The position numbers and the translations under genes were made by a program. A model generated the notes under the pieces. That model saw nothing but the letters and a program-made list of their open reading frames with translations, had not been told where the DNA came from and did no database searches. A stretch of DNA of 45,827 nucleotides from a virus (taxonomy: Duplodnaviria; Heunggongvirae; Uroviricota; Caudoviricetes): positions 1 through 45,827 of IMG/VR virus record IMGVR_UViG_3300007747_000008. The stretch is one strand, 5' to 3'. Positions 29,289-38,505 of the stretch are shown one piece after another (position 1 is the first letter of the stretch; each line of letters begins with the position of its first letter).

Positions 29289-30404
29289 TTAGATATGATT
29301 TGAAATTGGTTCAATTGGTGCCTGAAATGCTATAGTAACTATAATATTCATTTCCCCAGTTGAACTATTGTTAACTGATTCGTTAAAGATGCAAGAAATT
29401 ATTTCATCCTTATCACTAACTTCGTGATTGACTTCATTAACAATATAACGTTGTGTAGTTTGAATATCAAAATAATCATATGGTGCAATTACCGTACCAT
29501 CGATTTCAGATTGTGCTGTTCCACCAAAACGAACTAGCATATTTTCAACTTCGTTATTATAAGCTTGTAATATATCCACTTGAATATTGGTTACTACATA
29601 TCCAGCAGGGCATGTACCAATAACTAATACTGCGTTAGTATAACTATGGTCTATTGTATTAACAATAACTTTAATATCTTTACCCGCCGCACCAGTATCG
29701 CCTTTAATACTTTCACCGTCATCACCTTTTGGACCACGGAATTCAATTCCATCGCTCCATTGCTTTTGGTTCGTCACTGAATTCAATTCAACATAGAAAA
29801 GATATCCAGTACTGGTATTATAGAATGTGTAATCAACTGGCAAGTTTGTAATTGTTGGGAATTCATCACCCTGTGAATCGATAATAAACCGACCACGTAG
29901 ACCTTGTTCCCCACGGAATGGGAAAGGTCCACGCCATGATGTGGTATCTAAATCATAAATGTATAGATTACCGTCTCCGGTATTATAGAATGTGTATTCG
30001 TCAAATAAACCGGTTGTTGGTAAAGTAGTTCCAGAACTATCGATAGTAAATGGACGCCCGGAATCACCTTTTGGCCCACGCCCAAATTGTGTTTGGTTCC
30101 AAGTTGCGGGTGTAACACCTGCTGCTGACGTTTTGAAATATAGAATTGCAGTGTTATTAGCAAGACTTAGATAAGACCAACCGATGTCCTTATCGACTTC
30201 AAACGCACCATCTGGAATTTCAAACCCAATTTCGTTTGGGTAAAAATTAGTACCATTGTTTCCATCATGACCAACGACAAGTCCCAAGTCCTCAATAGTA
30301 CCATCTGCATAAGTTACAATTAAGTGTCCTGCACTATTAATGTAAAACTTTGCTCCTGCACTATTACATGAACTATTCGATCCTGTATTGAATGAAATTG
30401 TCAT
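29289..30404 (-). CDS. Virion structural protein with short collagen-like segments
   Basis: INSAGHLIVTYADGTIEDLGLVVG; GPKGDSG, GEQGLRG and GPKGDDG..KGDTGAAG between repeated beta modules. Confidence 0.72.
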   Translation of the reverse strand: MTISFNTGSNSSCNSAGAKFYINSAGHLIVTYADGTIEDLGLVVGHDGNNGTNFYPNEIGFEIPDGAFEVDKDIGWSYLSLANNTAILYFKTSAAGVTPATWNQTQFGRGPKGDSGRPFTIDSSGTTLPTTGLFDEYTFYNTGDGNLYIYDLDTTSWRGPFPFRGEQGLRGRFIIDSQGDEFPTITNLPVDYTFYNTSTGYLFYVELNSVTNQKQWSDGIEFRGPKGDDGESIKGDTGAAGKDIKVIVNTIDHSYTNAVLVIGTCPAGYVVTNIQVDILQAYNNEVENMLVRFGGTAQSEIDGTVIAPYDYFDIQTTQRYIVNEVNHEVSDKDEIISCIFNESVNNSSTGEMNIIVTIAFQAPIEPISNHI

Positions 30405-30438
30405 ATTATTTCCTTATGAGTTGTTATCATATTATGAA

Positions 30439-30444
30439 TATTTA
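30439..30444 (-). promoter_or_regulatory. Late promoter core TAAATA (leftward of a divergent pair)
   Basis: tattta on the plus strand, 34 nt upstream of ATG 30404. Confidence 0.55.
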
Positions 30445-30475
30445 TCCGAAGAATATTATTAAAAGACTGATACCA

Positions 30476-30481
30476 TAAATA
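30476..30481 (+). promoter_or_regulatory. Late promoter core TAAATA (rightward of a divergent pair)
   Basis: CATAAATA, 30 nt upstream of ATG 30512. Confidence 0.6.
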
Positions 30482-30511
30482 AGTAAAAGTTCATATATGA
30501 GGGCTAATCTA

Positions 30512-31009
30512 ATGGCTTTAAGATCAAAGAATTTTCTTTTCAAAAGAAAGGATAAAACAGGAGTTTGGCAAGATTATCAAGACTCCGATAGCTGGTATCC
30601 ATCTAACAACGACTATTATTGGAATGAAGTTACTCAGAATCTTCCAGCCGGTGGTTATTGGGGTAGTACTACAGGATTACACACAATAGCATTTACATTG
30701 CGTGAATTTATAGGTAGAATTTATGTTGAAGCAACTCTCGCAAGTAATCCTACTGAAGAAGATTGGTTCCCTATAAAATTTACTGAAAGCTGTAAATATT
30801 ATATGGAATTCACTGATACCAGAATTTATAATTCAAATACCGGTGCATTAATGACCAAACATGGTGTAACCGGAACATTTGCCGAATCACTTACTGGCAA
30901 TTTTACATACCTACGAGTTGGAATCGACCGAAACTATATAAGTCATGATCCATCAGATTTTCAAAAACGTATGGCTGGAAAAATTGAAGAAATTCAAATA
31001 AATTATTAA
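30512..31009 (+). CDS. Hypothetical virion protein
   Basis: GAGGG SD at 30499-30503 supports ATG 30512; beta-rich. Confidence 0.7.
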   Translation: MALRSKNFLFKRKDKTGVWQDYQDSDSWYPSNNDYYWNEVTQNLPAGGYWGSTTGLHTIAFTLREFIGRIYVEATLASNPTEEDWFPIKFTESCKYYMEFTDTRIYNSNTGALMTKHGVTGTFAESLTGNFTYLRVGIDRNYISHDPSDFQKRMAGKIEEIQINY

Positions 31010-31018
31010 GGAAAAGAA

Positions 31019-31627
31019 ATGGAAACCAAAATTGAACAACCGTTCTTGTTCGTTAAAGGTCACGTATTAATTACGGATGTGACCGATCCAGAAAATACAA
31101 AGGTACTTCTAGATAAAGCAAACGCAATTCATCCAGAAAATATGAGTAGAGCAATTGCTGATTCATTGGCTAATAATGTTGACAGTCTCGGTGTCAGTAT
31201 TGGTGCAATTTCCGAAATGCGTTTTGGTAACGGTGGTACAGTAGTATTGAGTACTGGTCGGGTGACTTATAAAACACCACGTGTCACATCATTTGGTGGT
31301 TTGTACTCTGAAACATACTCAAAGAAAATAAACCCACGCGTCACTGCTGGTGTGGATTCACAATATAATAATATTTCAACAATGCATATTCCCGGACAAG
31401 TATATACTGACATAATTAGTATTTGTACACTAGGTCTTGGTGAACCATCTGCACAAAATACAAGTTCCAGTACTAATATGGATGGAACATATGTATTCGA
31501 TGAATTGGGGCTTTATACTGATGGTACAAATGGATTACCACTTACACATATTATTTTCCATCCAGTTGAAAAAAGTGCTAACCGTGTACTTCAAATTAAA
31601 TACACAGTTCGTGTTCAGCTACAATAA
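31019..31627 (+). CDS. Putative baseplate/fibre-attachment protein
   Basis: KGHVLI, FGNGG, FDELGLY, THIIFHPVEKSANR pattern, like tail-collar/baseplate adaptor domains. Confidence 0.55.
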   Translation: METKIEQPFLFVKGHVLITDVTDPENTKVLLDKANAIHPENMSRAIADSLANNVDSLGVSIGAISEMRFGNGGTVVLSTGRVTYKTPRVTSFGGLYSETYSKKINPRVTAGVDSQYNNISTMHIPGQVYTDIISICTLGLGEPSAQNTSSSTNMDGTYVFDELGLYTDGTNGLPLTHIIFHPVEKSANRVLQIKYTVRVQLQ

Positions 31628-31637
31628 GGATGAATAA

Positions 31638-32741
31638 ATGATTAGCTATGTAATTAAAAGAAGTAATGGGAAGATATATGCATCTATCCCAGAAAATACT
31701 ATTCTAGGTCCAAATCAACCCAATCAAAACCCGGCACCTATTAACTTAGTTGGTCGTAATAAAGTTGGTTATGGTCAGGCATGGGATGAAAATGCGTTAT
31801 GGCAAGCAGAAAACTTTGCCGGACAACTCGCACCAAAAGGTTCAATTACTGGACAAATTTGGTACAGATATACATCTGGTACTGGGGAACTATTAATTTC
31901 AGTTGTTGATGACGCTCGCCAGCCTGATGCAAGTGTTCCTGCCACCGAATTGGATTGGGCAGCAATACCAATGATAACCGTTTTCAATACAGTACCAGAT
32001 GGTTCTAATTCGATTATGGGTCGAATGGTGTTGACAAACAATGGTGATTCGCTTAAAGTACTGATGAAGGATAAAGAATGGCGTGAAATTCAAACGTCAA
32101 GACCCCAAAACAAACAATATGAAGCATTACTTGATATCAATTATGATTCAGGTACTAAGTATGTTGCATTTTCTCAAAGTGCTAGTACTAAACCAATTTC
32201 ATATTTTAATGTTGGTGCTGCTAGTTTAGTAGATGAAGATGGGTATACGGTATTTCAAGATGGTGATGGAGTATTTCAGTTTGGTGCAAACTATTTTTAT
32301 GAGCTTAAAATTATTGCCCGTGAAGTTAGTTTAGTTAATAATGAAGTAGTTTCAATTCCAGCAAACTATAAAACATGGCTTATTAAAGGATCATGGTTTG
32401 TAAATAATGCAGGAACATATATACCCGGAACTACTGTAGCATCAGCACTTCCAGATCCACGTAAGGTCGCAAATTTAACACAAATAACTGATATCATCGA
32501 TAGTACTCAGAGTAACTGGAACGTTACTGTTAATATTAATGGTATTGATGTTTCTTTACCGGGTGCAAATGGAACAACACAAGCAGATTATGAAAACTTT
32601 GTAATGGCTTCATTGAATTCCAATAAACATTTAGGTATTCGAATTGATGGAAATATTACGAATCTACCAGCAGGACAAACTACGTATACTCAATGGAGTG
32701 TATATTTGTCTGTTACTGGCGTACCACCAATTGGGGTATAA
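31638..32741 (+). CDS. Putative baseplate wedge/fibre-connector protein
   Basis: LVGRNKVGYGQ...ENFA...P...ITGQIWY N-terminal module; late operon context. Confidence 0.55.
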   Translation: MISYVIKRSNGKIYASIPENTILGPNQPNQNPAPINLVGRNKVGYGQAWDENALWQAENFAGQLAPKGSITGQIWYRYTSGTGELLISVVDDARQPDASVPATELDWAAIPMITVFNTVPDGSNSIMGRMVLTNNGDSLKVLMKDKEWREIQTSRPQNKQYEALLDINYDSGTKYVAFSQSASTKPISYFNVGAASLVDEDGYTVFQDGDGVFQFGANYFYELKIIAREVSLVNNEVVSIPANYKTWLIKGSWFVNNAGTYIPGTTVASALPDPRKVANLTQITDIIDSTQSNWNVTVNINGIDVSLPGANGTTQADYENFVMASLNSNKHLGIRIDGNITNLPAGQTTYTQWSVYLSVTGVPPIGV

Positions 32742-32768
32742 AAAAAGGTAGCCAATGGCTACCTTTTT
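32741..32768. terminator. Bidirectional intrinsic terminator
   Basis: AAAAAAGGTAGCC-aat-GGCTACCTTTTT between convergent genes. Confidence 0.9.
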
Positions 32769-32773
32769 CACTT

Positions 32774-33235
32774 TCATATAGGCAAACTATTTAAGAATGG
32801 TTTGCCATTTTTTATTGAATCCCATAAAGATGTAAAATCATGAACAATTGTAGGATTGTACAATGTACTTTTAGCACCCGGATGTAGTGGTTTAGGCCAA
32901 TTGCCTATCTTAACCCATGCATACCCAGCACTTTCATGATTCAAATTTGGTATAAATTCATCTTTTACTACAACAACAAACGAATAGTACTTAAATTTTC
33001 CATTCTTAGTACAGAATACATCAAATGGTATGATATCTTCCATATTGGGAACAGAATCCCCAAGTTCTTCTTTTATTTCTCGGTGCAATGCTTCAATAGG
33101 ACTTTCACGATATTCAATCTTACCACCAACGAACCCCCAGTTATTAGAATACGTCGAAGTATCTGAGCGTAAATTTAACATCATACGTCCAGTACTTTTT
33201 GATAGGAATATCGCACCAACAGCTTCGTTTGTCAT
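32774..33235 (-). CDS. Nudix hydrolase 2
   Basis: WGFVGGKIEYRESPIEALHREIKEELG, LNHES.GYAW, PLHPG. Confidence 0.9.
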   Translation of the reverse strand: MTNEAVGAIFLSKSTGRMMLNLRSDTSTYSNNWGFVGGKIEYRESPIEALHREIKEELGDSVPNMEDIIPFDVFCTKNGKFKYYSFVVVVKDEFIPNLNHESAGYAWVKIGNWPKPLHPGAKSTLYNPTIVHDFTSLWDSIKNGKPFLNSLPI

Positions 33236-33246
33236 AAGATTTCTCC

Positions 33247-34584
33247 TTAGTCTTTGAAACCAATTCTCCAGTAACCAGCACGGTACTTATTCATAATCCC
33301 ACGATGCCAACCAAATTCATGATTGTAACGATAAAACGTTTGGTCATCTGAATTATAAACAAACCCACTAATCGTGGATGGTTCAATTACACTAGAACCA
33401 TTATTGGTTATTTTAGCAAGATAGTTTGGTGGTATAACACTTCCTTTGTAATTAATATTTCTTTCCGACACATTAACATAAACTTGTTCAGGTAATGCAC
33501 CATTTAGTTGTTCTTCTTCCACTATAAAAGATTTTATTGCAAAAGATGAAGTAAAAATTGATGAATCAACCTGTACTAATAATTTATTCGCTGAATCATC
33601 TGAACCCATACTAAGTACAGTACCTCTAATAGGATTACTTTCTTCAATACCTTGTAAAAATCTAATTTGTATAATTTTATCTTTAAAATTAGGTTCTAAG
33701 TATTTGAAATATACATCCCATGAAAATATTTTACCATTCCTTGATATAGTATTTAATCCTTCTCCCACGAGTGTTAATTCGTAAATTTCATTACTTTTAT
33801 CATCACTTTCAATTTTATCAATTAAAATGCCCATATTCTTAGGAGTGAAAACATCAACTATGACATCACTATAGTCACTTAATATAAAATCTTGTTCAGT
33901 GTTTGCTATTTTCATGTTAGTTACGATTTGTTCAATCAATTTTGGTTTAGTTACTTTTGCTGGGAGACTCATCCACACTTGACACTTGAAGGTCATTGTG
34001 GCAATATCTAAATCGGTGTCGGTTCCCTGTGGCATTCCACGAGAACTGAATTGAGTATTGATTAATTCTACATCAGTTAGTGAACACCAATCCAATGGGT
34101 TCTCGGAGGTCTGCAAAGTTACCGATGGGGCAAACAAACACGCTATTTGTTCTAAAATTTCCATCTTAGTTGTTAGTAATGTAGTCCAAATATTGACGTT
34201 AAATGTTAAATCCCACGGTACTGGGTTGAAACGATCAATTAAGTACTGATCAGCTAGTTCATTAGTGTACTGATTTTGTGCTGGTGACGTATTTGTCCCC
34301 ATTACAATCTTTTGTGACCAATGTGATCTCACGTCTTTACGTGCCATTGTGAATTCTTCAACGCTAATGGTCATTAACGGGGAGCTTTTAGCTACGTTTT
34401 CACTGTTTCCATTGATAAGATACTGTGCCATACGAGAAAAATCGGCATATCTTACTGGAACTTTACGATAACGAGGGTGTCCCTCGTCATCTGAACCATA
34501 TTGTACTTGAAATTCACCAAAAAGTCTGATAAGATGCATCAATATTCGACGGAATTGACCGTCATAGTAGTATTCTACTTTCAT
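33247..34584 (-). CDS. gp15: Tail terminator/sheath stabiliser (T4 gp15-like) with C-terminal extension
   Basis: YYYDGQFRR..RLF, VPVRY, PVPWDLTFNVNIWT, EILEQI..LF.PS. Confidence 0.8.
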   Translation of the reverse strand: MKVEYYYDGQFRRILMHLIRLFGEFQVQYGSDDEGHPRYRKVPVRYADFSRMAQYLINGNSENVAKSSPLMTISVEEFTMARKDVRSHWSQKIVMGTNTSPAQNQYTNELADQYLIDRFNPVPWDLTFNVNIWTTLLTTKMEILEQIACLFAPSVTLQTSENPLDWCSLTDVELINTQFSSRGMPQGTDTDLDIATMTFKCQVWMSLPAKVTKPKLIEQIVTNMKIANTEQDFILSDYSDVIVDVFTPKNMGILIDKIESDDKSNEIYELTLVGEGLNTISRNGKIFSWDVYFKYLEPNFKDKIIQIRFLQGIEESNPIRGTVLSMGSDDSANKLLVQVDSSIFTSSFAIKSFIVEEEQLNGALPEQVYVNVSERNINYKGSVIPPNYLAKITNNGSSVIEPSTISGFVYNSDDQTFYRYNHEFGWHRGIMNKYRAGYWRIGFKD

Positions 34585-34590
34585 TTTTTA

Positions 34591-36081
34591 TTAATCCTTT
34601 TTAACACGATATACGATGTTGGGTTTTACTGCGTCATGTAATGGAACACGGTCTGGGCTGTTGAGATAACCAGTCATGTACTGATCTGCACCAGTCCAAG
34701 GTAAGCGACCACCATAGTTAAACTGTTTCCATGCTTGTGTTTCTTCGGAAAATTGCCATAATGTCACTGGTGTATAGTCAGTTCGGTAAAAATACGTCCC
34801 ATCTTCAACATCTGTGGGGAATGTATTACCTTCACCAACTGTTCCACGTGCAGGAGGAATCATTGGTCGTATATCTTGTGGGTTATTGATGTTTTCTATA
34901 ACACTACTCGATACAAAGTGCTTTTGATGCTCGACATTCGCCGGAATCCATGTAATATTATCATCCTGCACTTGATACATGACTGGTTTTGTGTAAAAAC
35001 AGTAGAATCCTTCGGAATCCTGTGGTACACTAGCTTCATCGGTGTACGGAAGATCACACACTAGCCAAGTTTTATTATCTTTATAGTACTGATACAATGT
35101 ATAACCGCAGACCGATGTAGTATCTTCCATAAAGTAGAAATCTCCGTCTTTCGGACGTTTTGGGAACTCGTTTCCTAGTTTAGATTTGGCATCAACCCAA
35201 ACACCATCTACTTCTTCTTTGAGTACTGGTAATGTTTCCTTCCAGAAGAACATATTTTTTGATGGTTTCTTCGGAAATGATGTTCCATTGAAGATTTCAA
35301 CTGCATCACTATACAAATCGGTTCGATCATTGTACAAATGCTCGTTAGTGTAATGAATGTATGGTACTTCATCATCGGCTTGCATAATAATGGCATTCAT
35401 AATAGCCATTTCATTATCATAGTCACTTTGTTGACTACCACTATCACCATTACCATTACCATTGTTTGGATCATCAGGATTGTCTGGAAAATTATTACTA
35501 TCACCCCCAATAATATCAGCATATTCAGGACTATCAGTTAATGGTTTTACTCTTAGTTTAAAAATATGATGTTGCCATGTAACAGAGTAACCTTCAGAGG
35601 TTCTAAAAGAATCTTGTACTACATAAAAACGGTTTAAGCCTGAATCTTTACCGATTACATCGAAATCTCGAAGGTTAGGCAACTCGATTACATCACCGGG
35701 AATAATTTTTCTTCCCACACGCTGCATCATTGTGTTATAATGAATTGTAATGTCCATTGTGTTAAAATTAAAGAACAATCCCGGAATTTTTAAGTCAGGT
35801 GTTGCTTCTTGTATTTGATACACAGCAGAAAGGGTGATTGCTTGTAGGTTGTATGAACGATCTGGAGTTTCACCAAAAATTAAGTCACCAATGCTTGACA
35901 CATCCAATGAACCTCCTGTATAATCAGGCATAGTTGGGTCGGTATTGCCAGTTGTTTGTTTAGGACCAATATAACAGTACAGCCACATGTCAACACCACC
36001 AATATTGTACTGTTCTGCTATGGCACCATCAATGAATTTATAGTCATTGGTTCTGCCTTTTTTCCACATTTTATATGCCAT
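34591..36081 (-). CDS. gp14: Neck protein (T4 gp14-like) with C-terminal repeat modules
   Basis: GGVDMWLY, DLIFGE..DR.Y, GLFF, PGDVIELP; adjacent to gp15; FP..P..G.FF repeats. Confidence 0.7.
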   Translation of the reverse strand: MAYKMWKKGRTNDYKFIDGAIAEQYNIGGVDMWLYCYIGPKQTTGNTDPTMPDYTGGSLDVSSIGDLIFGETPDRSYNLQAITLSAVYQIQEATPDLKIPGLFFNFNTMDITIHYNTMMQRVGRKIIPGDVIELPNLRDFDVIGKDSGLNRFYVVQDSFRTSEGYSVTWQHHIFKLRVKPLTDSPEYADIIGGDSNNFPDNPDDPNNGNGNGDSGSQQSDYDNEMAIMNAIIMQADDEVPYIHYTNEHLYNDRTDLYSDAVEIFNGTSFPKKPSKNMFFWKETLPVLKEEVDGVWVDAKSKLGNEFPKRPKDGDFYFMEDTTSVCGYTLYQYYKDNKTWLVCDLPYTDEASVPQDSEGFYCFYTKPVMYQVQDDNITWIPANVEHQKHFVSSSVIENINNPQDIRPMIPPARGTVGEGNTFPTDVEDGTYFYRTDYTPVTLWQFSEETQAWKQFNYGGRLPWTGADQYMTGYLNSPDRVPLHDAVKPNIVYRVKKD

Positions 36082-36111
36082 TTTTTGTCTCCAAAATGTT
36101 TATATGTAAAG

Positions 36112-36119
36112 TATTTATT
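36112..36119 (-). promoter_or_regulatory. Late promoter variant AATAAATA
   Basis: tatttatt on the plus strand, 30 nt upstream of the gp14 ATG. Confidence 0.6.
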
Positions 36120-36124
36120 TTTTT

Positions 36125-36153
36125 GGGACAAACGATCTTTTATGTGATATAAT
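36125..36153 (+). promoter_or_regulatory. GGGACA-N17-TATAAT promoter, copy 3
   Basis: TGGGACA...TGTGATATAATAA upstream of clpA. Confidence 0.8.
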
Positions 36154-36194
36154 AAAAATTATGTCGTGCAAAATACAACGAAGGAGAAGCACTT

Positions 36195-38468
36195 ATGAGT
36201 AACAGCAGCTTTCAAGATTTGTTCAATGATAGTAAAGCCTACGCAAAAAGCCTAGGTCATGATTTTATGACGATTGACCACCTAAGTGCAGTTGTTTTGA
36301 AAATTCAAAGCGTAAAAATCGCACTTGAATCTTTCGCAATTGACACCGACACATTAGCTCGCCGGATTGAAGAATATCTACGCGAAGTTCCACCACCACA
36401 AATTCCTGTATCAGTACGCAACTCGATCAGTTCTGAAATTGTTCCAGTATCAGTACTAGTAACTCGCGTGATGCATGAATTAGAGAAACAAGCCGTAATC
36501 GAACAACTAAAAAATGATGATTTCTCTATCGAAGGATTTTTCATTCTATTTGAATGTCTATCTTTCACCAATACTGCATTGGAAGTGGCTCTTAAAGAAC
36601 AGTCAATGACTCGCTCAGAAGTAGCTCGCTCATTACAAGCATATGTTTCTAACCTACGCAATGATGTTGACTTAACTAAGAGCGTGAAGATCGATTCCAA
36701 AGGAGGCCGTGTGGCTCAACAACAACCATCATCTGGTAAGAAGTCAATTGAGGATTACACTACCGATCTAACTGCACTAGCACGTGAAGGTAAACTTGAT
36801 CCTATGATTGGGCGTGAAAATGAGCTAGTAGCTCTAATTGAAACACTATCCCGCCGCACCAAAAAGAATCCATGCTTAACGGGTGAACCGGGTGTTGGTA
36901 AGACTCAAATTGTTGATGGTCTTGCACAAGCAATTGTGGATGGTAATGTGCCAGATCACATGAAAGATTTAGTAATCCTATCTCTTAACATGGGTTCATT
37001 CACTGCCGGTACTAAGTACCGTGGTGAATTCGAAGAACGCGTTGATACGTTCCTAAAAGAAATCAAACAACGTTCTAATACAATTGTTTTCATTGATGAA
37101 ATGCATACGATCATGGGTGCAGGTTCTTCATCATCCGGTTCAATGGACATGAGTAATCTAATTAAGCCAGCACTTTCACGTGGTGAAATTAGCGTTATTG
37201 GTGCAACAACTTATGATGAATACCGCCAACACATTGAAAAAGATGGTGCACTATCACGTCGCTTCATGAAAATTGATGTAGTTGAACCAACTTTTGATGA
37301 AACTACTCAAATTGTAAATGGTATCAAATCAAAGTATGAAGAATTCCACGGAATTACATACACTGAAGATGCAATTAATGCAGTAATGGAACTTTCTAAT
37401 AAATTCTTACAAAACCGTAAGTTCCCAGATAAAGCAATTGATCTTTTAGATGCATCAGCAGCTAAAAATCGCACAAAAGCAAATTCAACACATATCGTAA
37501 CTCGTCGTGATATCGAAGAAGTTGTTGCGGTCATCGCAAACCTAGATTTATCAGTTGTTGCTTGTACTGAAAGTGTACGTATGACCGAACTTCCTGAGCA
37601 ACTACGTAATCGCGTGTTTGGTCAAGATGAAGCAGTGCAGAAACTTGTTGATAACGTAATGGTAGCTCGTGCAGGTCTACGTGATGCATCAAGTGTGCAA
37701 GGTGCATTCATGTTTGTTGGACCATCCGGTACTGGTAAAACTGAAATTAGTAAAGCACTAGCTGATGCAATGGGTTCTAAACTAATTCGCTTTGATATGT
37801 CGGAGTTCTCTCAAGAACACACGGTAGCTAAATTAATCGGTTCACCACCCGGATATGTTGGGCATGATACCGGTAATGGTATGCTTTTAGACCAAGTTGA
37901 ACAGCATCCAAATGCGATTCTTCTACTTGATGAAATTGAAAAAGCACACCCAAAAGTACTACTAACGTTCCTTCAAGTACTTGATGAAGGTCGGCTAACT
38001 GGCTCTAAAGGTAAGACTGTATTCTTCAATAACGTAACTGTTATTATGACTACTAACTTGGGTGCTTCATTAGCAGGTCAACGTAGTATGAGTATGGGGT
38101 CAAATGAAACGGGTCAGGACAAAGCTATTAAAGAATTCCTACCACCAGAATTCATTAATCGCATTGATGCAATTGTGAAGTTTAAAGAACTATCACCAGA
38201 AGCAATCGATAGTGTCATTGATAAATTCATGTCACAAGTATCGTCAGCAGTTGTTTCACGTGGAGTGACAGTTTCAATTGACGAAGATGCTCGCAATTGG
38301 TTGGCTAAGAATGGGGTACAGCGTGGAATGGGTGCACGTCCAATGAAACGCACTATCGAGGAAAATATTCGCCTCCCATTAGCTAAAGAACTATTGTGTG
38401 GTTCTCTACAAAATGGCGGCTCCGTGAAATTTGGGGTTGTTGATGGTAAAGTTTCCATCGTAAAATAA
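36195..38468 (+). CDS. clpA: ClpA-type Hsp100 AAA+ unfoldase
   Basis: N-domain HDFMTIDHL; NBD1 [24 protein letters not shown]; NBD2 [29 protein letters not shown]; no ClpB M-domain. Confidence 0.92.
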   Translation: MSNSSFQDLFNDSKAYAKSLGHDFMTIDHLSAVVLKIQSVKIALESFAIDTDTLARRIEEYLREVPPPQIPVSVRNSISSEIVPVSVLVTRVMHELEKQAVIEQLKNDDFSIEGFFILFECLSFTNTALEVALKEQSMTRSEVARSLQAYVSNLRNDVDLTKSVKIDSKGGRVAQQQPSSGKKSIEDYTTDLTALAREGKLDPMIGRENELVALIETLSRRTKKNPCLTGEPGVGKTQIVDGLAQAIVDGNVPDHMKDLVILSLNMGSFTAGTKYRGEFEERVDTFLKEIKQRSNTIVFIDEMHTIMGAGSSSSGSMDMSNLIKPALSRGEISVIGATTYDEYRQHIEKDGALSRRFMKIDVVEPTFDETTQIVNGIKSKYEEFHGITYTEDAINAVMELSNKFLQNRKFPDKAIDLLDASAAKNRTKANSTHIVTRRDIEEVVAVIANLDLSVVACTESVRMTELPEQLRNRVFGQDEAVQKLVDNVMVARAGLRDASSVQGAFMFVGPSGTGKTEISKALADAMGSKLIRFDMSEFSQEHTVAKLIGSPPGYVGHDTGNGMLLDQVEQHPNAILLLDEIEKAHPKVLLTFLQVLDEGRLTGSKGKTVFFNNVTVIMTTNLGASLAGQRSMSMGSNETGQDKAIKEFLPPEFINRIDAIVKFKELSPEAIDSVIDKFMSQVSSAVVSRGVTVSIDEDARNWLAKNGVQRGMGARPMKRTIEENIRLPLAKELLCGSLQNGGSVKFGVVDGKVSIVK

Positions 38469-38471
38469 AAT

Positions 38472-38501
38472 AAAAAAAGAGGGCTTAAAAGCCCTCTTTT
38501 T
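38472..38501. terminator. Bidirectional intrinsic terminator
   Basis: A-tract, GAGGGCTT/AAGCCCTC, T-tract, between convergent genes. Confidence 0.9.
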
Positions 38502-38505
38502 GTTT

